DNA of 50,430 nt from Paramecium tetraurelia (Eukaryota). The notes under the pieces are model-generated. The model had not been told where the DNA came from. It saw nothing but the letters and a program-made list of their open reading frames with translations, and did no database searches. The position numbers and the translations under genes are program-made. The DNA lies in contig CT868000.1 of assembly GCA_000165425.1 (NCBI GenBank), positions 124,001 through 174,430 of the forward strand, read 5' to 3'. This document shows positions 12,201 through 25,170 of this stretch, in pieces; within the stretch, counting starts at the first letter, position 1; every line of letters starts with the position of its first letter.

Positions 12201-12803
12201 TTGGAGAAGAGTCCTTTGATTTCACTTGAGGAAAGGATGCCTTTGGAATCAGACAGGGGTTTCAAATAGGAGTGGATCATAGTTTTGAGTGCTGAGCAAT
12301 AGATTTCTTCGGTTGCAAGCAATTCATTCAATACTTGTTTTCTATATCTGTATTTGTGAGTCTTTTTTAAAGGGGCCACTCTCTTCTTAACCAAGTAGGT
12401 TCTAATTTTGGATTGGATGCAGACAATTTATTGTAGGTGATCACGTTGCATTTGTTGTGGCTGTTCATTTTCCTCTAGAATGGATCGTGCTTCTTTGACT
12501 GTGGCACTGATTCGACCAATTGTCTCTTCATCATCTTGAAAGTTGGACATTGAAAGTTTGACTTTGTGGGATGCTCTAGTGCTCTTATTGATGGATGTAT
12601 TTTAGACAATTTGATTGAGTTTGAGTTTGGTTGTAGTGTAATTTGAATTGGTAGGTAGGAATGATTCTTTATGGGTTTGTGAGGGCTGGGTTTCTAGAGA
12701 GCAGTTAAAATTGAATATTACTCAAATATTGATATTGGAAGATTTGAAACATGTTAGGTTTAGCTTTCTTCGGTTTTTTGGTGCTGTGATCTGAAGGGTT
12801 CAT
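9214..12803 (-). CDS. RhoGEF with IQ, DH, PH, PX-like and FERM-like domains
   Basis: IQ motif IVCIQSKIRTYLVKKR. DH: RKQVLNELLATEEIY...YYLILPVQRIPKYVLL. PH: YFFSDLILITE. PX-like: RYVFEI...YLRFSQF...FPNIKIPEI...ERK. FERM-like: FKLYLL...LRKYLY...FLDILKSTKFFG. Confidence 0.8.
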
Positions 12804-12877
12804 AAATATTGTATTTTAAAATAAACTATTTTCTTCGGAGAATACAAAATTTGAGTTATTTGTAAATATATTATAAA

Positions 12878-15635
12878 ATGAGCATTTTTGAATCTCAGAA
12901 TGCAATTCAAGAAATGCGTAACGCCATAGGGAAATAGGAAAATCTATAGAATATTTACAAGGAAGTGGCAAGTCCTTCTGAACAATCCAATTAGAGGTTG
13001 TTTTATAATGCAATTACTATAGTTATTTTTCGCCTAGTCATAGTTAAATGGTGGTCGATAAAGAGAAGGTCTTGATCAATAAGTACAGCAATCTGCTCAC
13101 GACTCAACCGATAGGGTAACCCTAATTTCATGATCGTAGAATGACTCAAGTCTGGAAGAGCAATGGATTAATAATAATTACAATGATTATACGATTCCTG
13201 TATACGTTGAAGTTGTAGACGGAATCCATGAAGTACAAACTCCTCAACAAGAGGATCTTCGCTATGATTCAGGATTTGTCGTCCGATTACCTGAACATTG
13301 TACGTCATCGGAACAATAAGTATCAAATTAAAGGGAGATCAGAATTGAGAGTTCATTACTCCCTCTTTAAAAAGCAATTGAGAGCCCTGCTTGATTATTA
13401 TGGCAGATTCATACCAATCTTCCAGCCGGATCAAAAACTCATCATATATTATGAACTCTGTCTCATGATATCGATAACGGTGAATCTATTTTACGTTCCC
13501 ATCAACATCAGTTTTCTGAACCAAGGAGTATCAATACCATTCGACGCAATGCCTACCATCTTGCAACTCATATGGATCTTCATCTCGTTCAATCTATCAT
13601 TTTATGAAGACTAAACATTACAGAAGAATAGAATTAAAATAGCTAGTAATTATCTTAAGAGTCAATTTACATTCGACTTCATTATCGTTCTTACACTCTA
13701 CTTCTAAATACTCTATGGCTATTTCGTGCCTCTGATCTCCTTTGTATTACGAATTCCTAAATTGATAAGGTTGTTGGATCAATTCGAATATAACACTAAT
13801 TTCAAAGAGAATCTAGCAGCCATAATAGACCTAATGAAATTGATTGTCATGCTCATTTTCATTATCCATTGTTGTGCCTGCAGTTGGCATTTCTTGGGAG
13901 TCTATGAGAAGGAGTACTCCATCATTGGGAAGAATTGGTTGGACTATTACGATATTGGCCATTTGACTTGGATTGAACAGTAAAATAATCCCATTTAATT
14001 AGAGATACATTGCATCTTTATACTTTAGTGTGATTACCACTCTGACTGTTGGCTATGGGGACATCACTCCTTAATCAGCCTATGAATAACTATTCGTCAT
14101 CTTTGTAGCCATGAGTTTGTGTGGAATGCTGGGATACACTATAACCAACATAGGAGAAATCTATAGGTCAATGAACGAAAAGAAGAGACAGTATAAGACT
14201 CAAATGAAGGCCATAGAGCAAATTATTAGACAAAGAAATCTCAATGATAAACTCTCCATCAAAGTGAGAAAATACTATCAGCATCTCTTTCAATAAGAGT
14301 AGCAAGAGAACTCTCAAGGAGAACTACTACTCACTAAATTGACTCGCAATTTGGAAGAAGAAGTCATGATCGACACTTATAAAACCACTCTCATGAACTC
14401 CTATTTGTTGAGACAATTTAAGGAGTCCACCATTGAGTAACTGTGCACCAAAGTTAGAGTCCAAAAATTACAACCTGGAGTAGAACTTGTCAAAGCATAG
14501 CAATTTGCTGATCAATTGATTTTTCTATTGAGTGGAGAATTAACCTTGCTTGGTCACAACTCCAGACAACCCATCATTCTTAAGCAACTTACTTAAGGTA
14601 CTGTGATCGGGGAACAGGAATTCACTGAATAAGGATTCTATGATTACATTGTGCTCAGTCAAGGATATAGTAAGATTGCTACGATTTCTAGAATTGCATT
14701 TTATGAAATTTTATAATATGATAGATAAGAATTTGAAAAGATGTGTAAAATTAGAGATTAATATAAGTTTAGTGTCAAGAAAAGAAATGTCATTGGAAGA
14801 ACTTGTGAAATCTGTGGGTGGACACATGGATATTTGTAATGTCCTATGACATTTTATTAAGTGGATAAGATGAAGTTGCTCTCCAAATATCGACAGAATG
14901 TAGAATAAGAACGAAAATATCTTAATGATTTCAGGAGAATTCATAAATATAATACCTTATCTTAATTACAAACTGCTTAAAATGCTTGTCTCGACTTCAT
15001 GATCAGCTAGAAAATACTTGATGAGATGTATCAAATTTATTAAGCTTTTCTATAGACCAAATTAAGAATAAAATGATGATTCTAACTACAAGTTGAAATT
15101 GAATATTCATGATGCAGATTCCTAAAACTTAGACTCTAGCAAATCTCTCTAAGAAGAGACCAAAGGCAATCAAACCAGTCTCTAAAAATCACCTATTAAA
15201 ACCTCTACTTCTAAATTTCAGTTCTTCTCTAAATAAACCGATCAATCACGCGATCAACTCTAACACCCCTTATTTCAAAGAAAAAGTATCAAAAAGCATT
15301 CCCTCGTCATTGACAATCCTAGTAATACTAAAAAAGAGGATGACTTGAAGACTTACATAGAAGAACTCATTTAAAAATTGAGTGTTAATTAAAAAGAAAA
15401 AGAAAGGGAAAAATCATTAATACAAACTCAAAATAAAGTTACAACCTATAATCCAGATCTAGAGTTTGAAGTAATGCAATCCTATAAGTATTATTTCCCT
15501 CAATTTAACATTGACAATATTATCGATAGAGTCAATGTTACTTATGATAAATTCATGCAAAAAAACAAGAAAAATCCAATAAGAATCTTTGTAAATAGAA
15601 GAAAATTAAAGAGGAGAATAATAATTAAAGACTGA
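12878..15635 (+). CDS. 6TM K+ channel with cyclic-nucleotide-binding-like domain (KCNH/EAG-like, Paramecium expanded family)
   Basis: S5 HCCACSWH, pore YIASLYFSVITTLTVGYGDITP, C-linker KVRKYYQHL, cNBD GTVIGEQEF, then a CEICGWTHGYLQCP motif. Several tiny introns. Confidence 0.9.
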
Positions 15636-15864
15636 CACATTTGAAAACTGCAATTAAAATTATATATATAAATAGTTATATTATTTAATCAAATCTCACA
15701 TGAAAGAAATTAATAAAACTCTATGATCTATAGTCCCATTAAAAAATTTTATAGTAAAATTGCGGTTTCGTTTTTTAAATTAGTTTCTAAATTTTTCATT
15801 CATAAATCAATGATTTTTTATAAATTTTTTGATTATCCTTATTATTTAATTAATTAAATTAATA

Positions 15865-16350
15865 ATGAAAAGAACAAAGGAAACTATCTTTAGACAACAT
15901 CCCGACTGGCAATAAAGACAAGGAATCAGTGGACTTAAGGAATTCGATGGTGAAGATCTATGTACGCTTTATATTATTATGTTCGTTAGAATATGATGCT
16001 CGAAATAAATTTAATAAAGAGTAACAGAAGCAATGGATTTAGGAGTAAATCGAAGAAAAGAAAAGAAAATAAGAATAAGAGAAGGCTGAGGAAATGGCTT
16101 ATGCATAACAAACTTTGGAAATCAACAGATTTAGAGGAATGCTGTAAGATAATTTTGCAGCCAGAAAAACTGACATTGGAGTCGCTACTAAATAAACTAA
16201 TCTATAATTTGTATTAATTATATACTAAACTCTTAGGCTAAAGAAAAGAAAGACAAAGACGAAAGAGATAAATAGGAAAGATTATAATATGAGAAAAATG
16301 AAAGAGATTTATTACTTGAACGTGGACGCAAACAACCCTATAATGGATGA
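15865..16350 (+). CDS. RIB43A: Short RIB43A-domain ciliary microtubule inner protein
   Basis: Signature GISGLKEFDGEDL followed by KEQQKQWIQEQIEEK coiled coil. About 143 aa; introns at ~15962-15989 and ~16211-16236. Confidence 0.75.
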
Positions 16351-16925
16351 TACAATGATTTTATTATCAAAAGTCAAACTTATGTTACATTCTAAACTAG
16401 ATGATTGTTCATACTCCTCTTAATTTCCTAAGTATTTACGCATAAATTTTATTATGCATATTTTTTATATTATTATTATGTGACTTTAAATAAAATGAGA
16501 ATAATTTATTCATCACTATTATTCGTTATCAACAAGATTTTATAAGTTTTCTAATAGTTATAGCACATTAATATAATGTCGTTGAACTTCCTTTTTAAGA
16601 TAAATTATGTGATTTGCCCTTCCTTATATAAAATTCATTACAAAATTTAGAATTTTTATATATATAATCTACTAAATACTAAATTGTAATCTGTTATGAT
16701 AGGTAAATTGACTTTATACACAACATAATCAAATATGTAAACGCTTACACTGGATTCTCAATAATAAAATTAAAGAATTACTAAAATCTTATTAATTAGT
16801 ATAAACAATTAAGTTATAGATTTAGGAGATGTTCATCAAATTGCCAAGAGAAGATTGAATCCATAAATAATCTACTAATGAAAATTTTATCATAAATATT
16901 AAATTTATAACAGACCAAATTACAA

Positions 16926-19078
16926 ATGAAGCACGTTTCACCAAAAACAATGGATAAATTTAATGCAGATCCTCGTTCCTCATTATAATCCTGTCATTTA
17001 TCTAAATCTAAACCTTTAATGGCAAAAACCCCGCTTTAATATTCTAAATCTAGTAGTTTAATTTAATCTTTAAATGGGCTGAGCAAGTACTTTAATAAGA
17101 AAGAAGAAAATAACTAATTAGCTTACTAAGCGCCTTAAAGTATTTAAAGATCATCAGCTTCATTATCACACAGGGAAAAAATAGCTGATGATATTTAAAA
17201 TAAAAGTCCGCTTTTTGTAAAGTAACTGTTATATGGTAAAGATAATTAGAAGGAAAATTTTAATTATTTGTCAAGCAAATCGAAATAAATACCTTATTTC
17301 AGTATTACTTAAGATCCGAAATTAGTCTAAGTTAATGATAGTAGTCACAAAAATAATATAAGTAAAATTCTTAGGAATGAAAAATTTATAAATGGATCTA
17401 TTGAATATCAGGAAGATTGGAAGCTGAAATATGAGGATTTACAACAAAGTTTATGCCAGAGAATTCAATAATTAGAAATTGAATTACAAAGTATGGAGAA
17501 AAATAAAAAGATTGATTAAATGCATACTGATTAATAAACAAATCAGTATATTGAAAAATTACAATATATTGTATCTGAAAAAGAGTAAGTGATTCTTGAA
17601 TAAGAATTAAAAAATGAGGAACTACAAAATATTATTGATATGTAGCAAACAGAAATATAGAAATATAAGGATGGAATGTAGAATATAAAAAATGCAAATG
17701 AGATCCAAAGATTATAGCAAATAGATTAAAAATTCCAACAAATCAAAGGACATTTTTCATCACTCAAAATTAATATTTAATAAACATTTGATGTTGCTTA
17801 GTCAGAATAATAAATAAATAATTTATCTCTATCATCTTTTTCTGTAATTGAAATGATAAATGAGTTCAATTAAGTTATTGAAGTGAGCACATAGAAGTCA
17901 ATGAAAAAGTAACACTAAAAGGAATTCTAATAACCTTGAGTCAAAGAAACTAATGATTTCAATTAATTTAAACAATTTATGATTACGTAATTGAAGTGGT
18001 ATATCTTAAAATGGAGGAATTCTTAAGTTGGATTTATGAAATTCTCTTTCAGATTAACGATTGAATTTATAATATTAAATTATCTATAGAGATGGACTCG
18101 CATGAATTCAAAGAGAATTATTATGATGCAAATGTAATGAAAAGAAGAAGAGTGTAGGATAAAGTAATGGTGGCTCCAATCATGGAAGTCTTTATGGATA
18201 TTTGTAAAAAGCTGGATTATGTAATCAAAATTAATTTAAAAAGAGACATCAAAGGAATATTTATAGATGGTGATACCAATAAATGAATCAAGAGAGGGAC
18301 TTTAAAATACTGATTAAATTATCATATTGAATTATTTAAAATAGATAGCTATTTATTTGATAAAATCGAAATTAGAATTAGAGGATAAATTGTGTTCTCT
18401 TGGAGATATCAAGTAGTTTGAAATTGAGTTATAGAAGATGGAAGCAGATATAAGATAACATATACGAGTGCAATAATAACTCTAAATTTTACTAGAATAA
18501 GCTTAATAAAAGCTAGATGAATTTGAATCTGAAAAACTTAAATCCGAATAGTTTATAACTGAATTAAAAAAAAGTCTTGACATTAAGGATAGGGAATTGA
18601 TGACAATTAAGAACGAACTCTACGATACTAAACAAAAGGGAAATCAAAAGGCTCCTTTCTAGCCAACGAAAACAGAGCCTATCCAATCTTCTATGGACCA
18701 ATTAGATAATTTATAACTGTTCACTTTGGTAGAGAATTCTCCGAACAAAAATAATTTTAATTAAGTACAAGCAGCCATTCGTAAAGGTAGGAATCAGCAG
18801 TTAAGCAAAGAACCACAAAAACCTAAGGGAGATAACACTCCTTCATTGAGTAAGTGTTGTTCCATAATGAAAGAATCATAAAATCAAGATTCCCCAGAGA
18901 AAATATCACGGAAATATTCACAGCCTAATTATATGGAGATCAATGCGCTGAGATAGTTAATCAAAAAACCTTGGTATAGCTATTGATTGATTTTTAAAGT
19001 CCTTTGAATTAAAGAAATGAACCTTAGACTTTTAGAAGCATTAGTTAAGAGACTTCGCATATGCCTAAAAAATGCTGA
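16926..19078 (+). pseudogene. Coiled-coil protein gene interrupted by in-frame TGA codons and a frame change (probable pseudogene)
   Basis: Long Q/E/K-rich frame from ATG 16926. A frame change is needed near 17860-17890, and in-frame TGA codons occur at 17954-17956 and 18062-18064. The frame then continues via introns to TGA at 19076-19078. Confidence 0.55.
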
Positions 19079-19114
19079 TTTATAAAAGATTTATTATTAT
19101 TAATATTTACAAAA

Positions 19115-20250
19115 ATGAATTCTACAAAGTCAGAAATACTTTTTGCAGGATTCAATCAAGATTCAAGTAAACTTACTAAAACTACATATAGGCATGTTTT
19201 GTGTTGGTACTGACACTGGATTTCGAGTGTGCAATGCATTAAACTCAACGGAGAAATTTTAAAGAGATTTGAAAGGAGGTATTGGTCATGTAGAAATGCT
19301 ATACAGAAGCAACATTTTGGCATTGGTCGGAGGTGGTTTATAGCCTAAATATCCCGATAATAAAGTGATCATATGGGATGATCGTAAAAATGCAATATTT
19401 CTATTTAGATCTTATAAAATGCATAGGTGAAATGAGTTTCAGAACCAAGATAAAGAATGTTAAATTAAAAAATGATAGAGTGGTTGTAGTTCTTGAGAAA
19501 AAGATATTTGTTTACAATTTCACAGACTTGAAACTACTTGACTAAATCGAAACATGTCCAAATCCAAGAGGTATATTGATAAATCTAGATTAAGGAATTT
19601 GCACTATTAATACAGAGGGTGATCATACCATTTTGGCAACATTGGAGAAATCAGTCGGCAAGGTTTTTGTAAACAATTATGACGCTAACAAAGCTTATTG
19701 TATAGAGGCTCATGTTTCTCCAATTTCATATCTTCAATTAAATTCAACAGGCACCAAGTTGGCCACATCTAGTGAAAAGGGCACTGTGATTCGTATCTAT
19801 GATACAAATACTGGGTATGTGAATATTTTTAATGATAGGCAAATTTCACAAGAACTTCGAAGAGGCAATGATTATGCCACAATAACAAGTTTAGCCTTTG
19901 ATTATAGATCATAATGGTTGGGTTGTGCATCTGATTAAGGAACTATTCACATCTTTGCAGTCAATTAAGATGGCTTATAATAAGAATAATAAAATTAAAA
20001 TTAGAGTTCTCACAATCCGAAGAGTAAATTCGAATTTCTAAAGGGTTTTATTCCAATTTTAGGATCTGAATGGAGTTTTGCTCAATTTAGAGTGCTGGAT
20101 ACTAAGTGCAAAGTGTCATTTGTATCAGATGAACATCAATTGATAGTAATTTCATATGAGGGGAAGTACTACAAGGCATAGTTTGATCCTTAAAAAGGTG
20201 GAGAATGCATAAAAGTGGAAGAGAAATACTTGATTAGTGACAAAGTTTGA
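19115..20250 (+). CDS. ATG18: PROPPIN WD40 beta-propeller, ATG18/WIPI3-4 type
   Basis: [48 protein letters not shown], phosphoinositide-binding [22 protein letters not shown]. Four tiny introns. Confidence 0.92.
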
Positions 20251-20256
20251 TTTAAT

Positions 20257-20766
20257 ATGTTAAATAACTCATAAACAAATTAAATTCTTATATCAAAAAT
20301 ATTTGTAGCTTAATGTCATCAAGATTACGAATAAGCTACAGCTCTTTTAGAATAGTTAACAGGAAATTTAGTTGAGAGTTTGAATATGTTCAATAAACAT
20401 CCAAAAATACACAAAATACTATAAGACAACTTCGAAATATTCCCTGAAAATTATTTAGTTTAACCACAATAAATGGATGAAGGGATTGAACAGTATCATA
20501 AGTATTTGGAGTAAATTTGCAATTAGACAAGTAAGGAAGGTAAATGATTGATTAATGTAATAGAGAAGAAGACCAAGAACAAGAATCCTTGGACTGAAGA
20601 AGAACGGAGATTATTTAAATAAGCAATAAAAGAAGGATCATCGAAAGACTGGAAGGCTATGGCGGCAATCATAAAAACACGCTCCCCTCCATAAGTTCGT
20701 TCTTACTACTAAAAGTATATGAAAAAGAAAAGATAAAAATTAAAGACAGAAAATAAAAATGAATGA
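20257..20766 (+). CDS. Single Myb/SANT-domain protein
   Basis: PWTEEERRLFKQAIKEGSSKDWKAMAAIIKTRSPPQVRSYYQKY. One 24-nt intron at ~20540-20563 contains an in-frame TGA. The start could alternatively be ATG ~20386. Confidence 0.75.
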
Positions 20767-20791
20767 ATAAATATATATATATATGTATGTA

Positions 20792-21670
20792 TCAATAGAA
20801 TATATATATAATTAAATAGAAGACAAAGGCAATTGAGTAGCAAGAATGACAGCCTTCATTATCCCATTTGCACTCCGAGTTTTCTACAACATAGCTAAAA
20901 CTGAGACATTATGTTGCATATGTAGCTTTACTACATGTTTGTTGATGACAAGAATTGAGATTTCCACTCCAAAAACATCTTGGATGATTCTAACATTCCA
21001 ATTTGATTCCATAATCATTGCAATTAAACACAACGCATCCTAAATGAGAAGGATAACATTGCTATTAACTTAATTTATTAAAACTTGGACATTCATCTAT
21101 TGTATAGTCTGTACAAATCTTGGTCTTACATTAGTTATCCTCCCACTTACAGAATAATTTATTGCATGAATTCATAAATGTAATATCTTCGCAATTCTCT
21201 AAAGCAATGCAAGTATCTCCAATTTCTCCATTCAAAACACACTCACTCGTTTATGTTCCGATCACTTAAATAGCTCCAACACAATATTCCACACTATAAT
21301 CATCACACAATCTCTAATCAGCATCCGATACACAGATTTTTGATTAATAATCCCACCGGCAATCTATTTCCTAACAATTTTCTTCGTTAGAATCAACCTT
21401 ATCATTTTCCTGTAGCTCCTCACACCCTTTCAATTCCTTACAAAATCCTATCGTAATGTCCCAATAACATCTTAATTTTCCAGCAAAATACGAGCAATCC
21501 TCACTCGATCTTTCAAGGCAATTTATTTCTTCACAAATGCCAGATTTTTGTTCAAAATAGCATCCTCGGGCATCTCTACACAAGTCCTCAAAATATATCT
21601 CGTTGCATGAGCATTTCTTTGCCATGGAAATATGTAAAGAAAAGAGTGTGCAAAGTAATATTGCAATCAT
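20792..21670 (-). CDS. Cys-rich secreted or GPI-anchored mini surface-antigen-like protein
   Basis: Intronless 293-codon frame with a signal peptide, periodic Cys with CxW motifs (CYW, CRW, CKW, CFW) and a hydrophobic C-terminus SIAFVFYLIIYIFY. Confidence 0.8.
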
Positions 21671-22904
21671 TTTTTAATTTTAATCAACATATAATTACTT
21701 ACAACTAGTCAACTTTCTACATATTCTCATCATATTTTCAATGTGAAATTAAACTCTAAATGTTATATCCTATTGAAATCTATGCAGATCTAATAAATAT
21801 ACTCTTAAATACTTGCAAAATTTATAATAAGTTTAAAAATTATCATATCTTAATAATAAAATATGATCAATATTTGAATGATCATTTTTAATAATTATTT
21901 GGATGATAAGTAAAAGATTATTATTTTTAAATTAAATAAATTTTATTAATAGAAAGTAAGTTCGACTTTATTTCTTATCAATCATAATTGCAACTATTAA
22001 TAAATCTATAATAAATATCAGACAAATCATCAAATATAAAATTTGGAAGAGAACTTAAGATTATAATACAATAACAGCCACTAAGTAAAAAGTATTAATT
22101 TCTATTATAATATATATACAATTAACTTTATCTGACTTTAATCATCTAATTCTTTGATCCCTCGTTCCACACTTTTTGCATCAAGAACCTTTTCAATAAG
22201 TATGATATTACCTCAAACGTGAAAGTTAAATCTATCTTTAATCATTCATCAATTTCAATTAAACCATGTCAATTATTATTTAATGATAAATATTATATTC
22301 TCTTATATCTCATAAATATGAATATGAAGCAAAGTAAAATTAGCAGAAATATTAGATTCGACATATCGTTTGATTATATTAAGTAATTAAATTAGCTTTA
22401 AATTTATAAATTTTAATTTATTTTATTAAGAAGTTGATTAGAAAAATTAAATGTTAGAAATTTTATTTTGATAATTTTTAAATTTTTTATACTTAATTAT
22501 AATATGATATTCTAAGGATATAATTTATACCAAGCTCGATTAAGATTAATAGATGAGACTATAGATAAAAACGCAAGTAATAAGTTCATACATTAGGAGA
22601 ACTTGATTTAAATTTAGAGTATAATTAAAACTATACTGATTAAAAGAAAATAAATCTAATCATAACCAAGATTAATAATCAAGAAAAATTCAAAATTAAT
22701 CATCTTTCTACAACAGAAAATGAAAATTAAGGATATATGGATTAATAGATCAAATTTTTTAATATTTTGATCCTAAGTAATTATTATTTATCATAATAAA
22801 TTTATTTCCCAATGTATTTTTAGTAAAAATTGTATATTAATTTAAAATTTATCAATTATCTATTGTTTAATCGTTTGTTAATTTTTGTAATTATTAAAAA
22901 TTAA

Positions 22905-23986
22905 TCAATCCCTTTAGAATTTACCTTCAAACCATTCCCCTATTTTCTCTTGACCAAATTACTTTAATGTACCAGCTCCATGCATATTTCCTTCTTTCCA
23001 ATATCCCTTATAATTTGATCCATCCTGAAATTGCATCTCCCCATATCCATCTTTTCTTCCATTTTTATAGTTGCCTAAAACTAAATTAAAGCCCTACCTA
23101 CATATTTCTTGCCATCTGGCCAATTGAACTCCCCTTTTCCATTCATCTTTCCTTACAACCAACTCCCCTTATATTTACGACCATCAACCCACACATACAA
23201 ACCTTCACCTTGAATTTAATTGTCAATAAATTCTCCTTCATAATAAGACCCATCAGAAAAGGTGTATTTCCCTCTTCCTTCTTTTTTTCCTTTAACAAAC
23301 TCCCCATCATACCATGCTCCATCTGGCCAGACTTCTCTGCCTCTTCCGTCCTATAAATCTTGTCTCCATTCCCCTTAATAAAATGCTCCATCATTATGAT
23401 AAAACATTCCTTCTCCTTGTGCCTAATCTTATTGCCAATATCCTTCATACATATCTCCATTTTAATGTATCATTCTTCCATGTCCATTTGCTTTATCATT
23501 TTTCCATTCTCCTACATAAATGCTACCTGATGGCCAGTACTATATACCATAGCCACTCCTTTATCCTGTTTTCCATCCTCCAACATAAATTACATTAGAT
23601 TCATTAAATTACTTAAATAACTCAAGTAATTACATAAGGTGGATAAGTTGTGATTTTTTTATTATCGGAAGGAATTTGCTTTGGTCGATACTTACCAAAT
23701 TTTGATATTGTATGTCGAACGAATTCATTTTCAATTTAAGGTTTTCTTTTGTAAGGAATAGCATCGCTGGAAAAAATGAGATCTGTATCTTCTTGCTGTG
23801 TTGAGGTATCCAAAAAGGTGATATTTGCCATGTTTTCTGGTTGAGTATCTTCAGGAGTGATCAGGATTGTATTCGACTAAGCTTTTCAATTTAACGTACG
23901 TGTTTATATGTTAAAGGGTACATGAGTTCTGGAGGGTCAACGAATAAGGGTTCTGTCACGGTCTTTGAACAACAACCTTATCCCAT
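22905..23986 (-). CDS. MORN-repeat protein with N-terminal MGQGCC acylation motif
   Basis: Many YxGxWxxG/DxxxGxG repeats (YVGEWKNDKANGHG, YKGSWLQGKMNGKG). Three tiny introns. Confidence 0.88.
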
Positions 23987-24011
23987 TAATAAATTTAGTA
24001 TTTAAAATAAT

Positions 24012-24407
24012 ATGTAAAATCCATTAAATTAAGAGGTAACAATTTCACATAAATCCATAGCAATTTATATTGATAGAGAAGATCAATGGAGAATTATGCA
24101 TTGGAACTTAATAGCCAGTTATTCAAAATGTAATCCAATTTTTATAATAGAGATTATAGTGTCCTGTTATTAATGTTAGAAAAAAAATTAATGTTCAGCC
24201 AGAGCCTAATTTATGAAATGTGGGTATTGTAGTTAAGTAAATAAAGTGTTTGATCCAGATCCCTTAGTAAATTATCAAATAATATTCATTTAGTTTTATG
24301 TTGATGTTTATTGTTAGAATTGCTCCAAAAGAATCAAAATACCAAAAAATGGAAGTGTTTATAAATGTCCATTCTGTTTTGCTCTAAACAGAAAAACGAA
24401 TAGATGA
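24012..24407 (+). CDS. Small protein with two C4 zinc fingers (LSD1-like spacing)
   Basis: After removing three introns: CYQC-x12-CGYCSQVN and CQNC-x12-CPFCFALN. Confidence 0.7.
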
Positions 24408-24669
24408 AATAACAAAACATTCATTCTTAATATTTTATTTCTAAGATTAATTTTCTATCTATGAAATAACCTAGATTGCTCACGCTTTTAAAATATATAT
24501 AAATCATATTATGATAATAATACAAAAAAGTAGTATAATGAATTGTACTATCTTGATATTTAAGATTGTTAAATAGAATATGTAACTGAGATCATTGAGT
24601 GATAAATTGGGATTTAATATACTTCTTAATTATCAAATATCTACTTGATAGATAATATAAAAAATAAAA

Positions 24670-25170
24670 TCATATTGGTTTCTTATTACTTACATAATCA
24701 ATAAAATCTTCATAATCTGAAGGATAAGTAATTTCAATTTATTGATTTCTTATAGAATTTTTTAACTTTTTTTATTAAGGACTCACCTAGGTCTCTTTGA
24801 CTCTAAATGATTCATTGAATTTTTTATCAATGGTCTATTTATTTTATTACCTGATTTATAAGGAAGCCTTTGGTTTTAATTATTTTAATCTCGGAGTGAT
24901 ATTAACCTACTTTAAAACTAGAAGTTGAGAGCTTTCTAAGAGGGATGGAGATTTGCTAGTAGGTGTAACAGGTAAGGTTGTCATATGTCTTGGGGTTAAG
25001 AATTCTAATTTCTGATTTTAACTTTATGATGTTTTTTTTTATTTCTAACTCCTTCCTGGACCTACCATATTAAAGTAATGGTATCTATCTGAAAGCTCGA
25101 CTAAATGCATTCCGATAATCATTTTCTTTCTTTTTTATATTTCACAATATGCGACTGTCGGTTTAAACAT
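24670..25170 (-). CDS. Hypothetical basic protein, 166 aa
   Basis: Uninterrupted ATG-to-TGA frame in the ciliate code (MFKPTVAYCEIQKRKK...SNKKPI). No recognisable domain. Confidence 0.55.

Noticed and set aside
16736..16880. Small 48-codon plus-strand ORF
   Set aside because: No recognisable motif, and the length is within chance expectation.
17954..18064. Selenocysteine decoding of the in-frame TGAs, prompted by SBP2 in the same window
   Set aside because: No redox-type context, no room for a 3' UTR SECIS before the next gene, and physical linkage to SBP2 carries no functional meaning in this genome.
5311..20250. ATG8 and ATG18 as an autophagy gene cluster
   Set aside because: They are about 13 kb apart with unrelated genes between them; both families are multi-copy, so co-occurrence is unremarkable.
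20767..20812. (TA)n microsatellite-like runs, also near 500-510 and 48825-48840
   Set aside because: Short low-complexity tracts expected in very AT-rich spacers; not telomeric, IES-like or CRISPR-like.
22100..22270. Minus-strand exon-like fragment with a plausible 23-nt intron
   Set aside because: Too short, contains a TGA in the most protein-like frame, and no family is recognisable. It may be a gene remnant but cannot be supported.
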